Below are positions 8,624-16,825 of a DNA stretch of 19,950 nt, piece after piece; within the stretch, counting starts at the first letter, position 1; each line of letters starts with the position of its first letter. This DNA comes from a virus. Lineage: Duplodnaviria > Heunggongvirae > Uroviricota > Caudoviricetes. The notes beneath the pieces are model-generated. The model made no database searches. It was not told where the DNA came from and saw only the letters and a program-made list of their open reading frames with translations. A program made the position numbers and the translations under genes. The stretch lies in IMG/VR virus record IMGVR_UViG_2778261164_000003, one strand, 5' to 3'.

Positions 8624-9003
8624 ACTTCCCCCTGATACAACGTCACACCGGTACTGCAGAAGTCATCAAAGGCCGCCGGAAGCGTGCGGTACATCTCCGC
8701 CATCACTTCACAGCCGCGCGCGGTCAGTACCGGCGGCGCGGTCAGCAGTGACGGCTCCAGCATGTCAGTCAGCAGTGCCAGCGCGGCAGCGGCGCCCTGT
8801 GCTTCGCCGTACTCGTTAATCAGTACGCACTCGATATGCAGCGCAATGGCCATTTCAATACGCTCCACCGTCAGGCTGTGCGGACCATACTGATCACTGC
8901 CAGTTTCGTTCAGCATTTTCTGCCGCCATGCTGAAGCAATAGCCCGCCGGTAAAGCGCGGTGGTCATTTCTGCCGGGAAAATGGAAACCTGCGGCTGGTT
9001 CAT
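8620..9003 (-). CDS. Hypothetical protein, 127 aa, translationally coupled to primase
   Basis: ATGA overlaps at both ends (9003/9000 and 8623/8620). No motif recognised. Confidence 0.5.
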   Translation of the reverse strand: MNQPQVSIFPAEMTTALYRRAIASAWRQKMLNETGSDQYGPHSLTVERIEMAIALHIECVLINEYGEAQGAAAALALLTDMLEPSLLTAPPVLTARGCEVMAEMYRTLPAAFDDFCSTGVTLYQGEV

Positions 9004-9284
9004 CTGGCACCTCCTTCAATCAGTGCGCAGCTGTGTGCAATATCCGTCAAATCTGCCAGCAGGTACTCCATCAGCGCGGCGACACCATGCGCACAGCCAG
9101 TGTCCAGTGCTCCGGCCTGAGACGGGTATTCAGAAAAGAGAAGCTGGAGCATGTCGCAGGCATTTCTTGCGCGGGTCAGCTTTCCGAAACTGTCCTCTGA
9201 CAACCCATAGGCAAAAACACCGGTATTGTGTTTTTCAGGCAAAGTGTGGCCCTGAGCACCGTTGTGCCCGTTTGAAATATTCAT
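9000..9284 (-). CDS. Hypothetical protein, 94 aa
   Basis: ATG start, operon position, ATGA overlap with the downstream ORF. Confidence 0.45.
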   Translation of the reverse strand: MNISNGHNGAQGHTLPEKHNTGVFAYGLSEDSFGKLTRARNACDMLQLLFSEYPSQAGALDTGCAHGVAALMEYLLADLTDIAHSCALIEGGAR

Positions 9285-9315
9285 CGTGGATTACTCCGTT
9301 TTCAGCGGTATTGTG

Positions 9316-9675
9316 TCAGAGAAACTTTGAATAGTGACCGTCATCAGGCTCAGCAGAACGCCATATGCTACGCTCCCGCCAGCGGATAAATAGCACAGAC
9401 GGATGCAGTGTCAGCGGGCCGGAACCACTACCGCCTGCAGGAGCTGGTGCAGGCTTAAAGAGCGGTACATCAAACAGGCGCGTATATCGCTGTTCAAACC
9501 ATGCCAGAGGGCAGGAAGAAAGCTGGTTGTCGCTGTCATGACGTATCAGCACTTCACAGCTGAATTCAGGATTAACCAGCGCCACAGAGGGCGAGGCTTC
9601 TATTAATCGGATAATCGTGACCGTCCAGCCACGTTCATGCTGCCAGCGTTCGCCGGGATGCGGATAATTACGCAT
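9316..9675 (-). CDS. Hypothetical protein, about 119 aa
   Basis: Track start 9705 is TTG. The first ATG (9675, MRNYPHPG) overlaps the stop of the small upstream ORF (ATGCGTAA). Confidence 0.4.
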   Translation of the reverse strand: MRNYPHPGERWQHERGWTVTIIRLIEASPSVALVNPEFSCEVLIRHDSDNQLSSCPLAWFEQRYTRLFDVPLFKPAPAPAGGSGSGPLTLHPSVLFIRWRERSIWRSAEPDDGHYSKFL

Positions 9676-9844
9676 GTTCACCTCCGCAGGGAATGCGCCC
9701 GGCAAAGCTCAGTACATAGTCCGGGGCAAGTCTGCGCCGCGCTGACCGCTCGTTATCTGCGGTGATCCTTAACATCACAGGACGGGCATTGCGTTGACTG
9801 CGGTTGATCGCCGCAAATAACCAGGTACACTTCTGTTTAGCCAT
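9668..9844 (-). CDS. Small hypothetical protein, 58 aa (below the ORF-track cutoff)
   Basis: MAKQKCTWLFAAINRSQRNARPVMLRITADNERSARRRLAPDYVLSFAGRIPCGGEHA. Its stop overlaps the next gene's start. Confidence 0.35.
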   Translation of the reverse strand: MAKQKCTWLFAAINRSQRNARPVMLRITADNERSARRRLAPDYVLSFAGRIPCGGEHA

Positions 9845-9933
9845 CTTCGTTACCTCTTATAACGGTTGGTTAAATGCCCGATTTGTGTTCCCGCACAATC
9901 GGGCATTGCTTTTACAAGCGAACTATACTTACA

Positions 9934-9977
9934 ATGGTAATTACCATGTAGTCATCATATTCTAGGGTAATTACCAT
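9934..9977. promoter_or_regulatory. Twin palindromic operators ATGGTAATTACCAT / GGGTAATTACCAT
   Basis: The perfect palindrome GGTAATTACC occurs twice (9936..9945 and 9966..9975), 30 bp centre to centre. The second copy overlaps the ATG of the Arc-like gene. Confidence 0.5.
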
Positions 9978-10149
9978 GTCAACACCACAAGAGAAACGTT
10001 CTCCACCATTCCAAATGCGTCTTACCGACGATTTTAGGTTGCAACTCGAAAACGAAATGCGCAAAGATGGAGATAGCGCGTTGGCAACTTGGATTAAAAG
10101 AATTTTACGCAAAGAACTCCAATCACGCGGGATTGACCCTAAAGGCTAA
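9976..10149 (+). CDS. Arc/MetJ-type ribbon-helix-helix DNA-binding protein, 57 aa (absent from the ORF track)
   Basis: MSTPQEKRSPPFQMRLTDDFRLQLENEMRKDGDSALATWIKRILRKELQSRGIDPKG. The FQMRL...ENGrS-like beta-strand/helix pattern is typical of Arc-like repressors. Confidence 0.6.
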   Translation: MSTPQEKRSPPFQMRLTDDFRLQLENEMRKDGDSALATWIKRILRKELQSRGIDPKG

Positions 10150-10181
10150 TCAGTTAAATATTACTAACTATCAATTAAGGC

Positions 10182-10472
10182 TTAGGGAGTAGGTGATAAT
10201 CTATTCCCTTTATTAATTGCTCTTGCCTTATTTCTCATCCCCTCAAACTGTTGACCTGAGTTTTCTTCAAACCCATCTCGCCACTTATAATAATCAGCAG
10301 CGCGCCATCGTGACATCCGACCTATTTTTATAGGTTTTGGAAAGCGATTCAGAGAAATCAATCGATAAATCCATTTATCACTTAATAAACAATCGGAAGT
10401 AATAAACTTCATATCGATCAGAGAATCCATTGAAGGTCGTTGCAAAGTAGTATTATCATGTTTAGATAACAT
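10182..10472 (-). CDS. AlpA-family phage regulatory protein (HTH, excisionase-like), 96 aa
   Basis: YRLISLNRFPKPIKIGRMSRWRAADYYKW fits the AlpA signature (FPKPIKIG-R...W). GGAGAA Shine-Dalgarno before the ATG. Confidence 0.55.
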   Translation of the reverse strand: MLSKHDNTTLQRPSMDSLIDMKFITSDCLLSDKWIYRLISLNRFPKPIKIGRMSRWRAADYYKWRDGFEENSGQQFEGMRNKARAINKGNRLSPTP

Positions 10473-10597
10473 TCATCATTCTCCGTTTATCTAAGTCTAT
10501 TGGCTTCAACACGGAAAATTAAAACATAGGTTATAAATGAGAAAAATGTGACTAATGAAAAAAATTCAAAATCATTAGCCACAACAATTGTTAATAT

Positions 10598-11422
10598 TTA
10601 GTTAAACTTAATGTTTTTCATGCAACTACGTAGCAAACTAACAACAGTATCATAGCTCAAAGGCGGTTCTCCGGTCTTAGGCCAGAACTCACTGGCATGT
10701 TGAAAAAGATAATCAGCTATCGCTGCTGGACTCTCTCTTCTTAGCCTCATATCACGATGATAGAGCGAAATAATAGCCATGAGTATTTCAGCTCGAGGAA
10801 CAGCATGTTTTTGTTTTTGCGCCTCAGATTGTGATTTATATTTATTGGCGTTTTTTATCCGCTTTTGTTCGCATAAGACTATATCAATGAATTTTTGAAT
10901 CTGTACCTTTGTAATCCACAAAACCTCAAAAAGATAATAATTTTCTTTTTCATCATAATTTACATAAAGAATTACCTTACAATTTATATTAGGCGTACCC
11001 GCCAGTAGAAAATGAATAGGCCAGGAATCCGGTTGCCCCTCATGCTTAACTAACAGATCTTTATATTCATAATCAACAGCCCATAAACCGGATATGAAGC
11101 ATCGAATAAAACCATTTTTATCAATTAAATTATCTTCATCAGGGATTCTTATAGAACTTAAGTCTGACAACATAATATTGCCATTTCTATCTCGTGGTAA
11201 ATATTTCAGATTAGATAAGAACTCATCTATTTGACCATCAATCTTCAAACCACATGAAACATCATACTCATCATCATGGAATTCCATGCATAGCTCTACA
11301 TCTCGTTCTCTGGCAAACCAGAGTATATCCTTTTCACTACAACCAATTTTTTCTGAAGCTTCATCCAACTGGTAGTAATCTCTGAGCAGAGAATCAGTAT
11401 TATTAATTTTTAAAATATTCAT
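10598..11422 (-). CDS. Hypothetical protein, 274 aa, AT-rich cargo gene coupled to the integrase
   Basis: Its ATG overlaps the integrase stop (ATGA). Composition is strongly AT-rich relative to neighbours. No catalytic motif recognised. Confidence 0.6.
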   Translation of the reverse strand: MNILKINNTDSLLRDYYQLDEASEKIGCSEKDILWFARERDVELCMEFHDDEYDVSCGLKIDGQIDEFLSNLKYLPRDRNGNIMLSDLSSIRIPDEDNLIDKNGFIRCFISGLWAVDYEYKDLLVKHEGQPDSWPIHFLLAGTPNINCKVILYVNYDEKENYYLFEVLWITKVQIQKFIDIVLCEQKRIKNANKYKSQSEAQKQKHAVPRAEILMAIISLYHRDMRLRRESPAAIADYLFQHASEFWPKTGEPPLSYDTVVSLLRSCMKNIKFN

Positions 11423-12609
11423 TTATGAGTACCAATTTGCTCAGATAAATAATTAGCATACCATTGCATCATTTCTCTTCTCCCTTCGAGATATTGGGCA
11501 TGGTTATAAATTCCACGAATAGAGTTTTTGTCCGAATGAGCAAGCTGGGTTTCAATCCAAGCGCTGTTAAATCCTTTCTCATGTAGGATTGTACTCATCG
11601 TATGCCTGAAACCATGCCCCGTAACACGCCCTGCATATCCAATACGTTTAAACACCTGATTAATGCTTGCTTCACTCATAAATTTGCTGGGATCGTTGCG
11701 TCCAGGGAACATCAGCGGGTAGTTCCCAGTTAGTTCTTTCAAACTTTTGAGATGGGATAATGCTTGTTTTGACAACGGGACAATATGGCTCCTACGCATT
11801 TTCATACGTTCTTTTGGGATCTCCCACACCGCATTATCAAAATCCACCTCTCGCCACTCACCTGCTCGTAGTTCTCCAGTTCGTAGACCTGTCAGGATAA
11901 GTAAATGCGCCCCCAACAATACAATTGGACTTCCTGAATAAGAATTAAGGGCATTAAAGAACTCCGGTAGTTCGTTGGCTTTGAGGAATGGATAGTGGAC
12001 TGCTTCATGTCCTTGCATCGCACTGGCAAGATCCGGTGCCGGATTGTAGATTGCCCTACCCGTTACGATGGCATAGCGAAAAACTTCACCGCATCGCTGA
12101 CGGACTTTCTTCGCTTTCTCCATAGCGCCTCGAGCTTCTATCAACCTCAGAACTTCAAGCAGTTCAAGGGGCTGAATATCAGCTATAGGTCTGTGCCCAA
12201 TATGCGGGAAAATGTCTTTCTCGAATGCCTCAATGATGTCGGAAGCATAGCCCTCAGACCATTTGGGTGATTTCATTTTGTGCCACTCTAACGCCACTTC
12301 TCTGAATGGGTTAAGTGTCTCACTCGCTGCATTTAAAGCCTGCTTTTTGGCTTTTTTGACTTCGCCGGGATCTTCACCTGCTGCGAGTAGTTTCTTCGCG
12401 TCTTCTCGTTTTTGTCTGGCATCAGCAAGTGTGACTGTTGGATAAACACCAAAGGACAATCGTTTCTCTTTACCAGCAAAACGGTATTTCATACGCCAGT
12501 AACGCGAGCCATTAGGTTCGACCTGAAGGTATAGGCCACCTCCATCAAACAGCTTGTAGCTCTTCTCTTTTCCTTTCGCAGCTTCAACCTTGCGGGCATT
12601 CAGCATCAT
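11419..12609 (-). CDS. int: P4-type tyrosine integrase
   Basis: N-terminal KLFDGGGLYLQV...YWRMKYRF arm-binding region and C-terminal catalytic HGFRHT...RGIYNHAQY. Track start 12678 is TTG; tandem ATG ATG at 12609 with AGGAAA upstream. Confidence 0.9.
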   Translation of the reverse strand: MMLNARKVEAAKGKEKSYKLFDGGGLYLQVEPNGSRYWRMKYRFAGKEKRLSFGVYPTVTLADARQKREDAKKLLAAGEDPGEVKKAKKQALNAASETLNPFREVALEWHKMKSPKWSEGYASDIIEAFEKDIFPHIGHRPIADIQPLELLEVLRLIEARGAMEKAKKVRQRCGEVFRYAIVTGRAIYNPAPDLASAMQGHEAVHYPFLKANELPEFFNALNSYSGSPIVLLGAHLLILTGLRTGELRAGEWREVDFDNAVWEIPKERMKMRRSHIVPLSKQALSHLKSLKELTGNYPLMFPGRNDPSKFMSEASINQVFKRIGYAGRVTGHGFRHTMSTILHEKGFNSAWIETQLAHSDKNSIRGIYNHAQYLEGRREMMQWYANYLSEQIGTHK

Positions 12610-12685
12610 TGGGGGCACATTTCCTAGACCGAACAGAACATGCCCCTGATTGTGCCCCCAACCGCGTGTTGATTTCAAGAGACAA

Positions 12686-12758
12686 GGGTTGACCTCAAAC
12701 GTATGAAAACAACGTAATATATATGTTTTTAAATGATTTTGTTGATGTGGGTTGACTT
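12686..12758. promoter_or_regulatory. Direct repeats GGGTTGACCT / GGGTTGACTT between int and att core
   Basis: Two 10-mers at 12686..12695 and 12749..12758, 63 bp apart, upstream of int. Candidate integrase arm-type sites or promoter -35 elements. Confidence 0.3.
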
Positions 12759-12773
12759 GGGAAAACTAGGTGA

Positions 12774-12818
12774 TGGTGCCGATAATAGGAGTCGAACCTA
12801 CGACCTTCGCATTACGAA
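12774..12818 (-). other. Attachment-site core: 3' 45 nt of a tRNA-Thr(CGU) gene, not an intact tRNA
   Basis: Minus strand reads TTCGTAATGCGAAGGTCGTAGGTTCGACTCCTATTATCGGCACCA: anticodon loop with CGT, T-arm GGTTCGACTCC, acceptor 3' half and CCA. It matches my memory of E. coli thrW. The 5' half of the tRNA is absent from the flanking sequence. Confidence 0.7.
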
Positions 12819-13234
12819 TTATAAGAATCCGCTTCTAATTCAAAGCATTACCCCATCAACACTGCGCTCACACGTCCCACCACATCAAAACATGTAAAGC
12901 CTTGCAAGTCATTGCGAGGCCTTATGTGTCTCAGTTTTGTCCCACCTTGTATTACGACTTGCATAGCCAATGAAGATAAATGTGACGACAAACGGCGCAG
13001 CAGTCTTCTTTTCCTTCATACTTTCCCCACCCAGCATGCATACCTTCTACCATAACTGTAGTTAATGTCTGTTATGAGCGAAAAGCGGTCCTTAAATACA
13101 ATTTTCATTGATAACGCCGTCTTGTTGCTATTGAAGACATTATCAACATCATTGTGTTTTTACTTATATTTGAAGGAGGGCTATTCAAGGGATTGCCCCC
13201 TTTTAACAAAAATTCCACCAGAACAGTAGGTCTG

Positions 13235-14929
13235 CTAATTGGTCTCTATAATTGAGCTTAATTCGTTAATGAGCAGGTGAGGGCTCATTTGAGTTAAGTC
13301 ATACTGCCTCCCCAATTTCTCTTGCATTCCTCCTCGTATTTTCTTTAATAAATATTTGCCTTTAATGTTATTAACTGATGTCGGAACTTGGTTTCCAAAT
13401 AATGTTAGGTGTCGAGGGCATGCTTCCAGTCTCCCCTTATATAAATTATATTTAATCACCTCTCTTTTGGATTGAAAATCAGACTGGATGACAACATGAT
13501 TTTGTGCGGCTATATCAGTAATCCATGTTTGTATATCTTGCACAGAAGAGCCTGTAACATGAGATAAATGCTCTATTCTGGTAAAATAACTCTCAATATC
13601 ACTACCTTCAGTAATGAATGGAATGGCGCCACCTCTTTGAATTTCTGCTTTTACTATATCTACTTCTTCATCAGTCATAAAATCGCGGTCACGATGAATT
13701 ATAACCTTGCAATTAGGGGACATTTCCTTAAGAAGGTCAGCAGATACAATTGCTCCTTGCACATTTGTGCATGTTTTGTAGCTATAGACTGCAGTTCTCT
13801 CCATATCAAAACCATTATATTGTAAAAGGGCCTTGAAATATTTTTTATCTCTATCTTCAGTGAGAAATATATTCTCCACAACCCCTTCAGTTACTCTATC
13901 CAAGTCATTTAAAGCTCCTAAATCTAAGAACATTGATATTTTGTCCAAATCCATGCCTTGATTCTGAACATTACCATCTTTCATCCAAATAAAATTTGCC
14001 TCTCCATACAATGAATCAATTATATGTTTGCTATGAGTGGAAAGTATAACTTGAGTTTCTGATTTGTTATTTTCTGATATTAAACTCAATGAGTCAGTGA
14101 GAATATATTGATTATCAGGGTGAAGATGAGAATCCGGTTCATCTAAGAGTAATAATTTAGGTTTGAAATATACTATATATGCAAATATCTGTAATGTTTG
14201 AAGTAATCCAGTTCCCGCCAACTCGATAGGGTAATTTTTCCCACTTGCATTTTCTTTAAAATTAACGGTTAGATAAGTATCTTTATCCTCTTTGAAATCC
14301 ACTTCGATTTCTATATCTGGAAATACAACTTGCAGCATGCTATTGAGATTTACCAAGTGGTTATCTTTGTTCAGATAGTATATGACATTCCTTAAGTATA
14401 AATTTGCATCACCACTTGCCACTCCTCTTCTAACTATTGCTGGCGATTTTAATTCTTCCTTCTGTGAGATACCAGCCAGACCAGGAACATATATACTAAA
14501 GAGATTTTTTTCATCGGTGATTACTGAACCGAAGCCGGTATAATCACCGGTTCTTTCACATGACATATTTCCATGATTTCGTCCCTTAGATATAATTATA
14601 TTGTATTCTAATTGTCGACCAACAAGATCATCATATCCAAAAAGACTCAACACACTTTGATTGCCAGGCGACCTCGAATTCTTATAAGGTTCGCCGTTCT
14701 TTAAAACAGTGAAGTCTGGGGTGATATTATACATTAAAAGTTCAGTAGAGAATGTTTGTTGACTTTGTTGCCGAGCGGCAATAGCTGCGCATACTGAAAA
14801 ATGTATAGCTTGCAGAATACTGCTCTTACCTGAACTATTTGCCCCTACTAATACATTTATATCACTAAGGGTGATTTCTGCTGTGTCAATTTTTTTGAAT
14901 TTACTAACAGACAAAGACTTAATGAACAT
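13235..14929 (-). CDS. OLD-family ATP-dependent nuclease (ABC-type ATPase plus Toprim), standalone class-1 type like phage P2 Old
   Basis: Walker A LVGANSSGKSS, Walker B/H-loop LLLLDEPDSHLHPDNQ and LSTHS; C-terminal Toprim-like NIFLTEDRD and VIIHRDRDF. Length comparable to P2 Old and GajA. No UvrD-like partner follows. Track start 14947 is TTG; ATG at 14929 has an AAGGAA Shine-Dalgarno. Confidence 0.7.
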   Translation of the reverse strand: MFIKSLSVSKFKKIDTAEITLSDINVLVGANSSGKSSILQAIHFSVCAAIAARQQSQQTFSTELLMYNITPDFTVLKNGEPYKNSRSPGNQSVLSLFGYDDLVGRQLEYNIIISKGRNHGNMSCERTGDYTGFGSVITDEKNLFSIYVPGLAGISQKEELKSPAIVRRGVASGDANLYLRNVIYYLNKDNHLVNLNSMLQVVFPDIEIEVDFKEDKDTYLTVNFKENASGKNYPIELAGTGLLQTLQIFAYIVYFKPKLLLLDEPDSHLHPDNQYILTDSLSLISENNKSETQVILSTHSKHIIDSLYGEANFIWMKDGNVQNQGMDLDKISMFLDLGALNDLDRVTEGVVENIFLTEDRDKKYFKALLQYNGFDMERTAVYSYKTCTNVQGAIVSADLLKEMSPNCKVIIHRDRDFMTDEEVDIVKAEIQRGGAIPFITEGSDIESYFTRIEHLSHVTGSSVQDIQTWITDIAAQNHVVIQSDFQSKREVIKYNLYKGRLEACPRHLTLFGNQVPTSVNNIKGKYLLKKIRGGMQEKLGRQYDLTQMSPHLLINELSSIIETN

Positions 14930-14976
14930 TTTCTTTTCCTTTTTCAATGAAAGGTGTAAAACTTTAACTCATCATT

Positions 14977-15261
14977 TTAGTTGTTAACATTCAAAATCAT
15001 AAACTGATTCTCTATTTTACCAATGAATAGCAGTCCTATCAGAGTAAAAATAGTGTTAGATATTTTTCTTACATCTGAATCTGAGAAATATTCGGATTCT
15101 TTATAGCAATTATTCCATATGTCGAGTTCTCTAAAATCATAAGCTAAATGAGCAATTTTTCCCCAATCTTCATTTACTATATGCTCAGCCATTGTAAAAA
15201 AATCACTCTTAGTCGGAATGTCTATTCTCATTGTTACTTGGCCTATTTTTTCATTGCTCAC
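14977..15261 (-). CDS. Possible small ORF upstream of the OLD nuclease (doubtful)
   Basis: 94 codons from a GTG. No convincing Shine-Dalgarno at the GTG or at either internal ATG. May instead be the 5' UTR of the OLD gene. Confidence 0.2.
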   Translation of the reverse strand: MSNEKIGQVTMRIDIPTKSDFFTMAEHIVNEDWGKIAHLAYDFRELDIWNNCYKESEYFSDSDVRKISNTIFTLIGLLFIGKIENQFMILNVNN

Positions 15262-15458
15262 ATATATAACTATATGATATTTATATTAAAACTCCAACAT
15301 TAAGTTTCGGCTTTCTTCAAGTAAACTACATAGCACGATGTAAGCAACTTCCGCTTTTGGCACATAGCAGTCCTAGAGATACTGGCGTAAAGCCATGGAG
15401 GATCGGTGGGAGGAGGTAAAAATCCTCTCATGCAAAAAATACGCAAAATCGATAACAG

Positions 15459-15541
15459 TTGGAAATCATTCAATACTCGCACTATCGGAAGTTCACCAGC
15501 CAACCGCAGCACGTTCTTGCATACGACATGCCTGCGGTTTC
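15459..15541 (+). repeat. Hairpin-containing repeat, copy A
   Basis: About 83 bp, roughly 87% identical to copy B. Contains CCGCAGCACG-loop-(C)ATGCCTGCGG followed by TTT. Confidence 0.7.
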
Positions 15542-15684
15542 AACTCCCGCCAGCTCCACCAATCATGATTGGACGGTTAAGGACAACACCAATAAAAACA
15601 GGAAGTTAGCAGTCTCAGCAGGACACCGACCAGACGGTGAGGAGACAAAAAAGGATACGCAAAGGAGCCGCGGCTCCCGAGTGA

Positions 15685-15720
15685 CAAAAAAGCCCGCTTA
15701 TGCGGGCTTTTTTGTTTTTT
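15685..15720. terminator. Bidirectional intrinsic terminator after the Bro-N gene
   Basis: AAAAAAGCCCGC-TTAT-GCGGGCTTTTTTGTTTTTT: GC stem flanked by an A-run and a T-run. Confidence 0.7.
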
Positions 15721-15730
15721 TCCCTCAAGC

Positions 15731-16492
15731 TCACTGACGTGTTCTTGCCTCAACTACTTTCTGGTATATAGCGATAGCTTCATCAACCAAAGCTAATGGA
15801 TAGCAAGAATTTATATTCAATCCGGAGGGGCACTTAATTCTTTCTGCTCCACGTTCACTACGCAATTTTTCACACCATTGCCAAAGTTCCTCAACTGAAT
15901 AGGTATCCAAACCTAACTCCATCAATCGTTGAGGAACACTTCTGAACTGAGACAAATCTCTTAAACTTTCTAACGAGTTAACTTTTAGTTCAACTTGGTT
16001 TACTCTACTTTCTAACTCTTCACGTTTTTCTATTTCCATTACCAATGCTTGAACCGTCTGCTGCAGACTGTTAGCAAAAGCACTCAGTTCTGAACGTTCT
16101 TGTTTAGGTGGCGGAGGATATACACCAAATTCACGAATAGACGGAAGGACCTGATGAAAAAGCCAGCGTTGGAATTTTTTCCCCGCAGCAGTAGTATCCT
16201 GAGCAAGTACTCTATATAGACCTGGTTCAGTAAGAAATACCTCAGAGATAGTTTCACCATCCACGACAAGAGAAACATTCCTAAACTCATCTGGATCTAA
16301 AGTTTTTATTACCGCTCTTATTACAGTGAGCAAGCTTTGAGAAGTCTTTCCATCCAGTTTTCTGTTCTCAGCAGAAAGCGTTCTTAGCACATCTGAAAGT
16401 GAAACAAAAATCTGCCCTTTTTCATTCATGCTACGGATATAATTTTCTCCACACTCTCCTTCGTAGCATAATTGTAACAAATTCTTTTGCAC
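15731..16492 (-). CDS. Bro-N domain protein with C-terminal coiled-coil region (antirepressor-like), 253 aa
   Basis: N-terminal YIRSMNEKGQIFVSLSDVLRTL and FQRWLFHQVLPSIREFGVY match the Bro-N pattern. GTG start at 16492 with AGGAGG 5 nt upstream. Confidence 0.6.
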   Translation of the reverse strand: MQKNLLQLCYEGECGENYIRSMNEKGQIFVSLSDVLRTLSAENRKLDGKTSQSLLTVIRAVIKTLDPDEFRNVSLVVDGETISEVFLTEPGLYRVLAQDTTAAGKKFQRWLFHQVLPSIREFGVYPPPPKQERSELSAFANSLQQTVQALVMEIEKREELESRVNQVELKVNSLESLRDLSQFRSVPQRLMELGLDTYSVEELWQWCEKLRSERGAERIKCPSGLNINSCYPLALVDEAIAIYQKVVEARTRQ

Positions 16493-16770
16493 GCCATCCC
16501 CTCCTTTTTTTATGGATTATACATCCTATAAACATGTTGTCACCGAAAGGGAAAAGCATAAACCCAATTTATGTTCCACAAGATGTTCAAAAATCAAACA
16601 ACCATATAGCTGAGGAGCACAAAAGAGCAAAAGTTTACCAACCCCATATATCCATACAGCACATAAAATTGACACTACATGTGGTATTTTTTAAGTTACG
16701 CCTTGCACCATTTCATGATTTTATGTAGATTGTCATCACACGCTGAGATTAAAAAATTCTACAATTTTTG

Positions 16771-16799
16771 TTGATCTTGAGTTTGGTTTTTAGTATAAG
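16771..16799 (+). promoter_or_regulatory. Sigma70-like promoter for the HTH/peptidase operon
   Basis: TTGATC, 17-bp spacer, TATAAG, about 25 bp upstream of the ATG. Confidence 0.4.
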
Positions 16800-16825
16800 T
16801 GAGCATGGATTGTAGGAGGCGCAAC

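Larger units (their letters stand above)
1..12818. mobile_element. P4-like phage satellite / integrative element (partial; left end lies beyond the window)
   Basis: Co-linear minus-strand set: tyrosine integrase next to a tRNA-Thr 3' fragment, AlpA-like gene, P4 alpha-type primase-helicase, iteron cluster, Sid-like and Psu-like genes, Ogr/Delta zinc-finger activator. AT-rich cargo genes interrupt a GC-richer core. Confidence 0.7.

Noticed and set aside
9912-10112. 66-aa minus-strand ORF
   Set aside because: Antisense to the better-supported Arc-like ORF, which has operators and a recognisable fold signature.
11747-12445. Plus-strand ORFs antisense to the integrase
   Set aside because: Overlap a well-supported integrase CDS. 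No motifs or start signals.
12774-12850. Intact tRNA-Thr gene
   Set aside because: Only the 3' 45 nt match; the sequence where the D-arm and acceptor 5' half should be is unrelated.
13235-14929. Gabija (GajA) assignment for the ATPase-Toprim protein
   Set aside because: GajA-like in size and motifs, but no adjacent UvrD-like helicase (GajB); the downstream sequence is non-coding up to the att core. Treated as a standalone OLD-family nuclease.
15300-15737. Three overlapping small ORFs across repeat copy A
   Set aside because: They cross the dispersed repeat and a terminator, start with non-ATG codons without ribosome-binding sites, and the equivalent frames in copy B are truncated.
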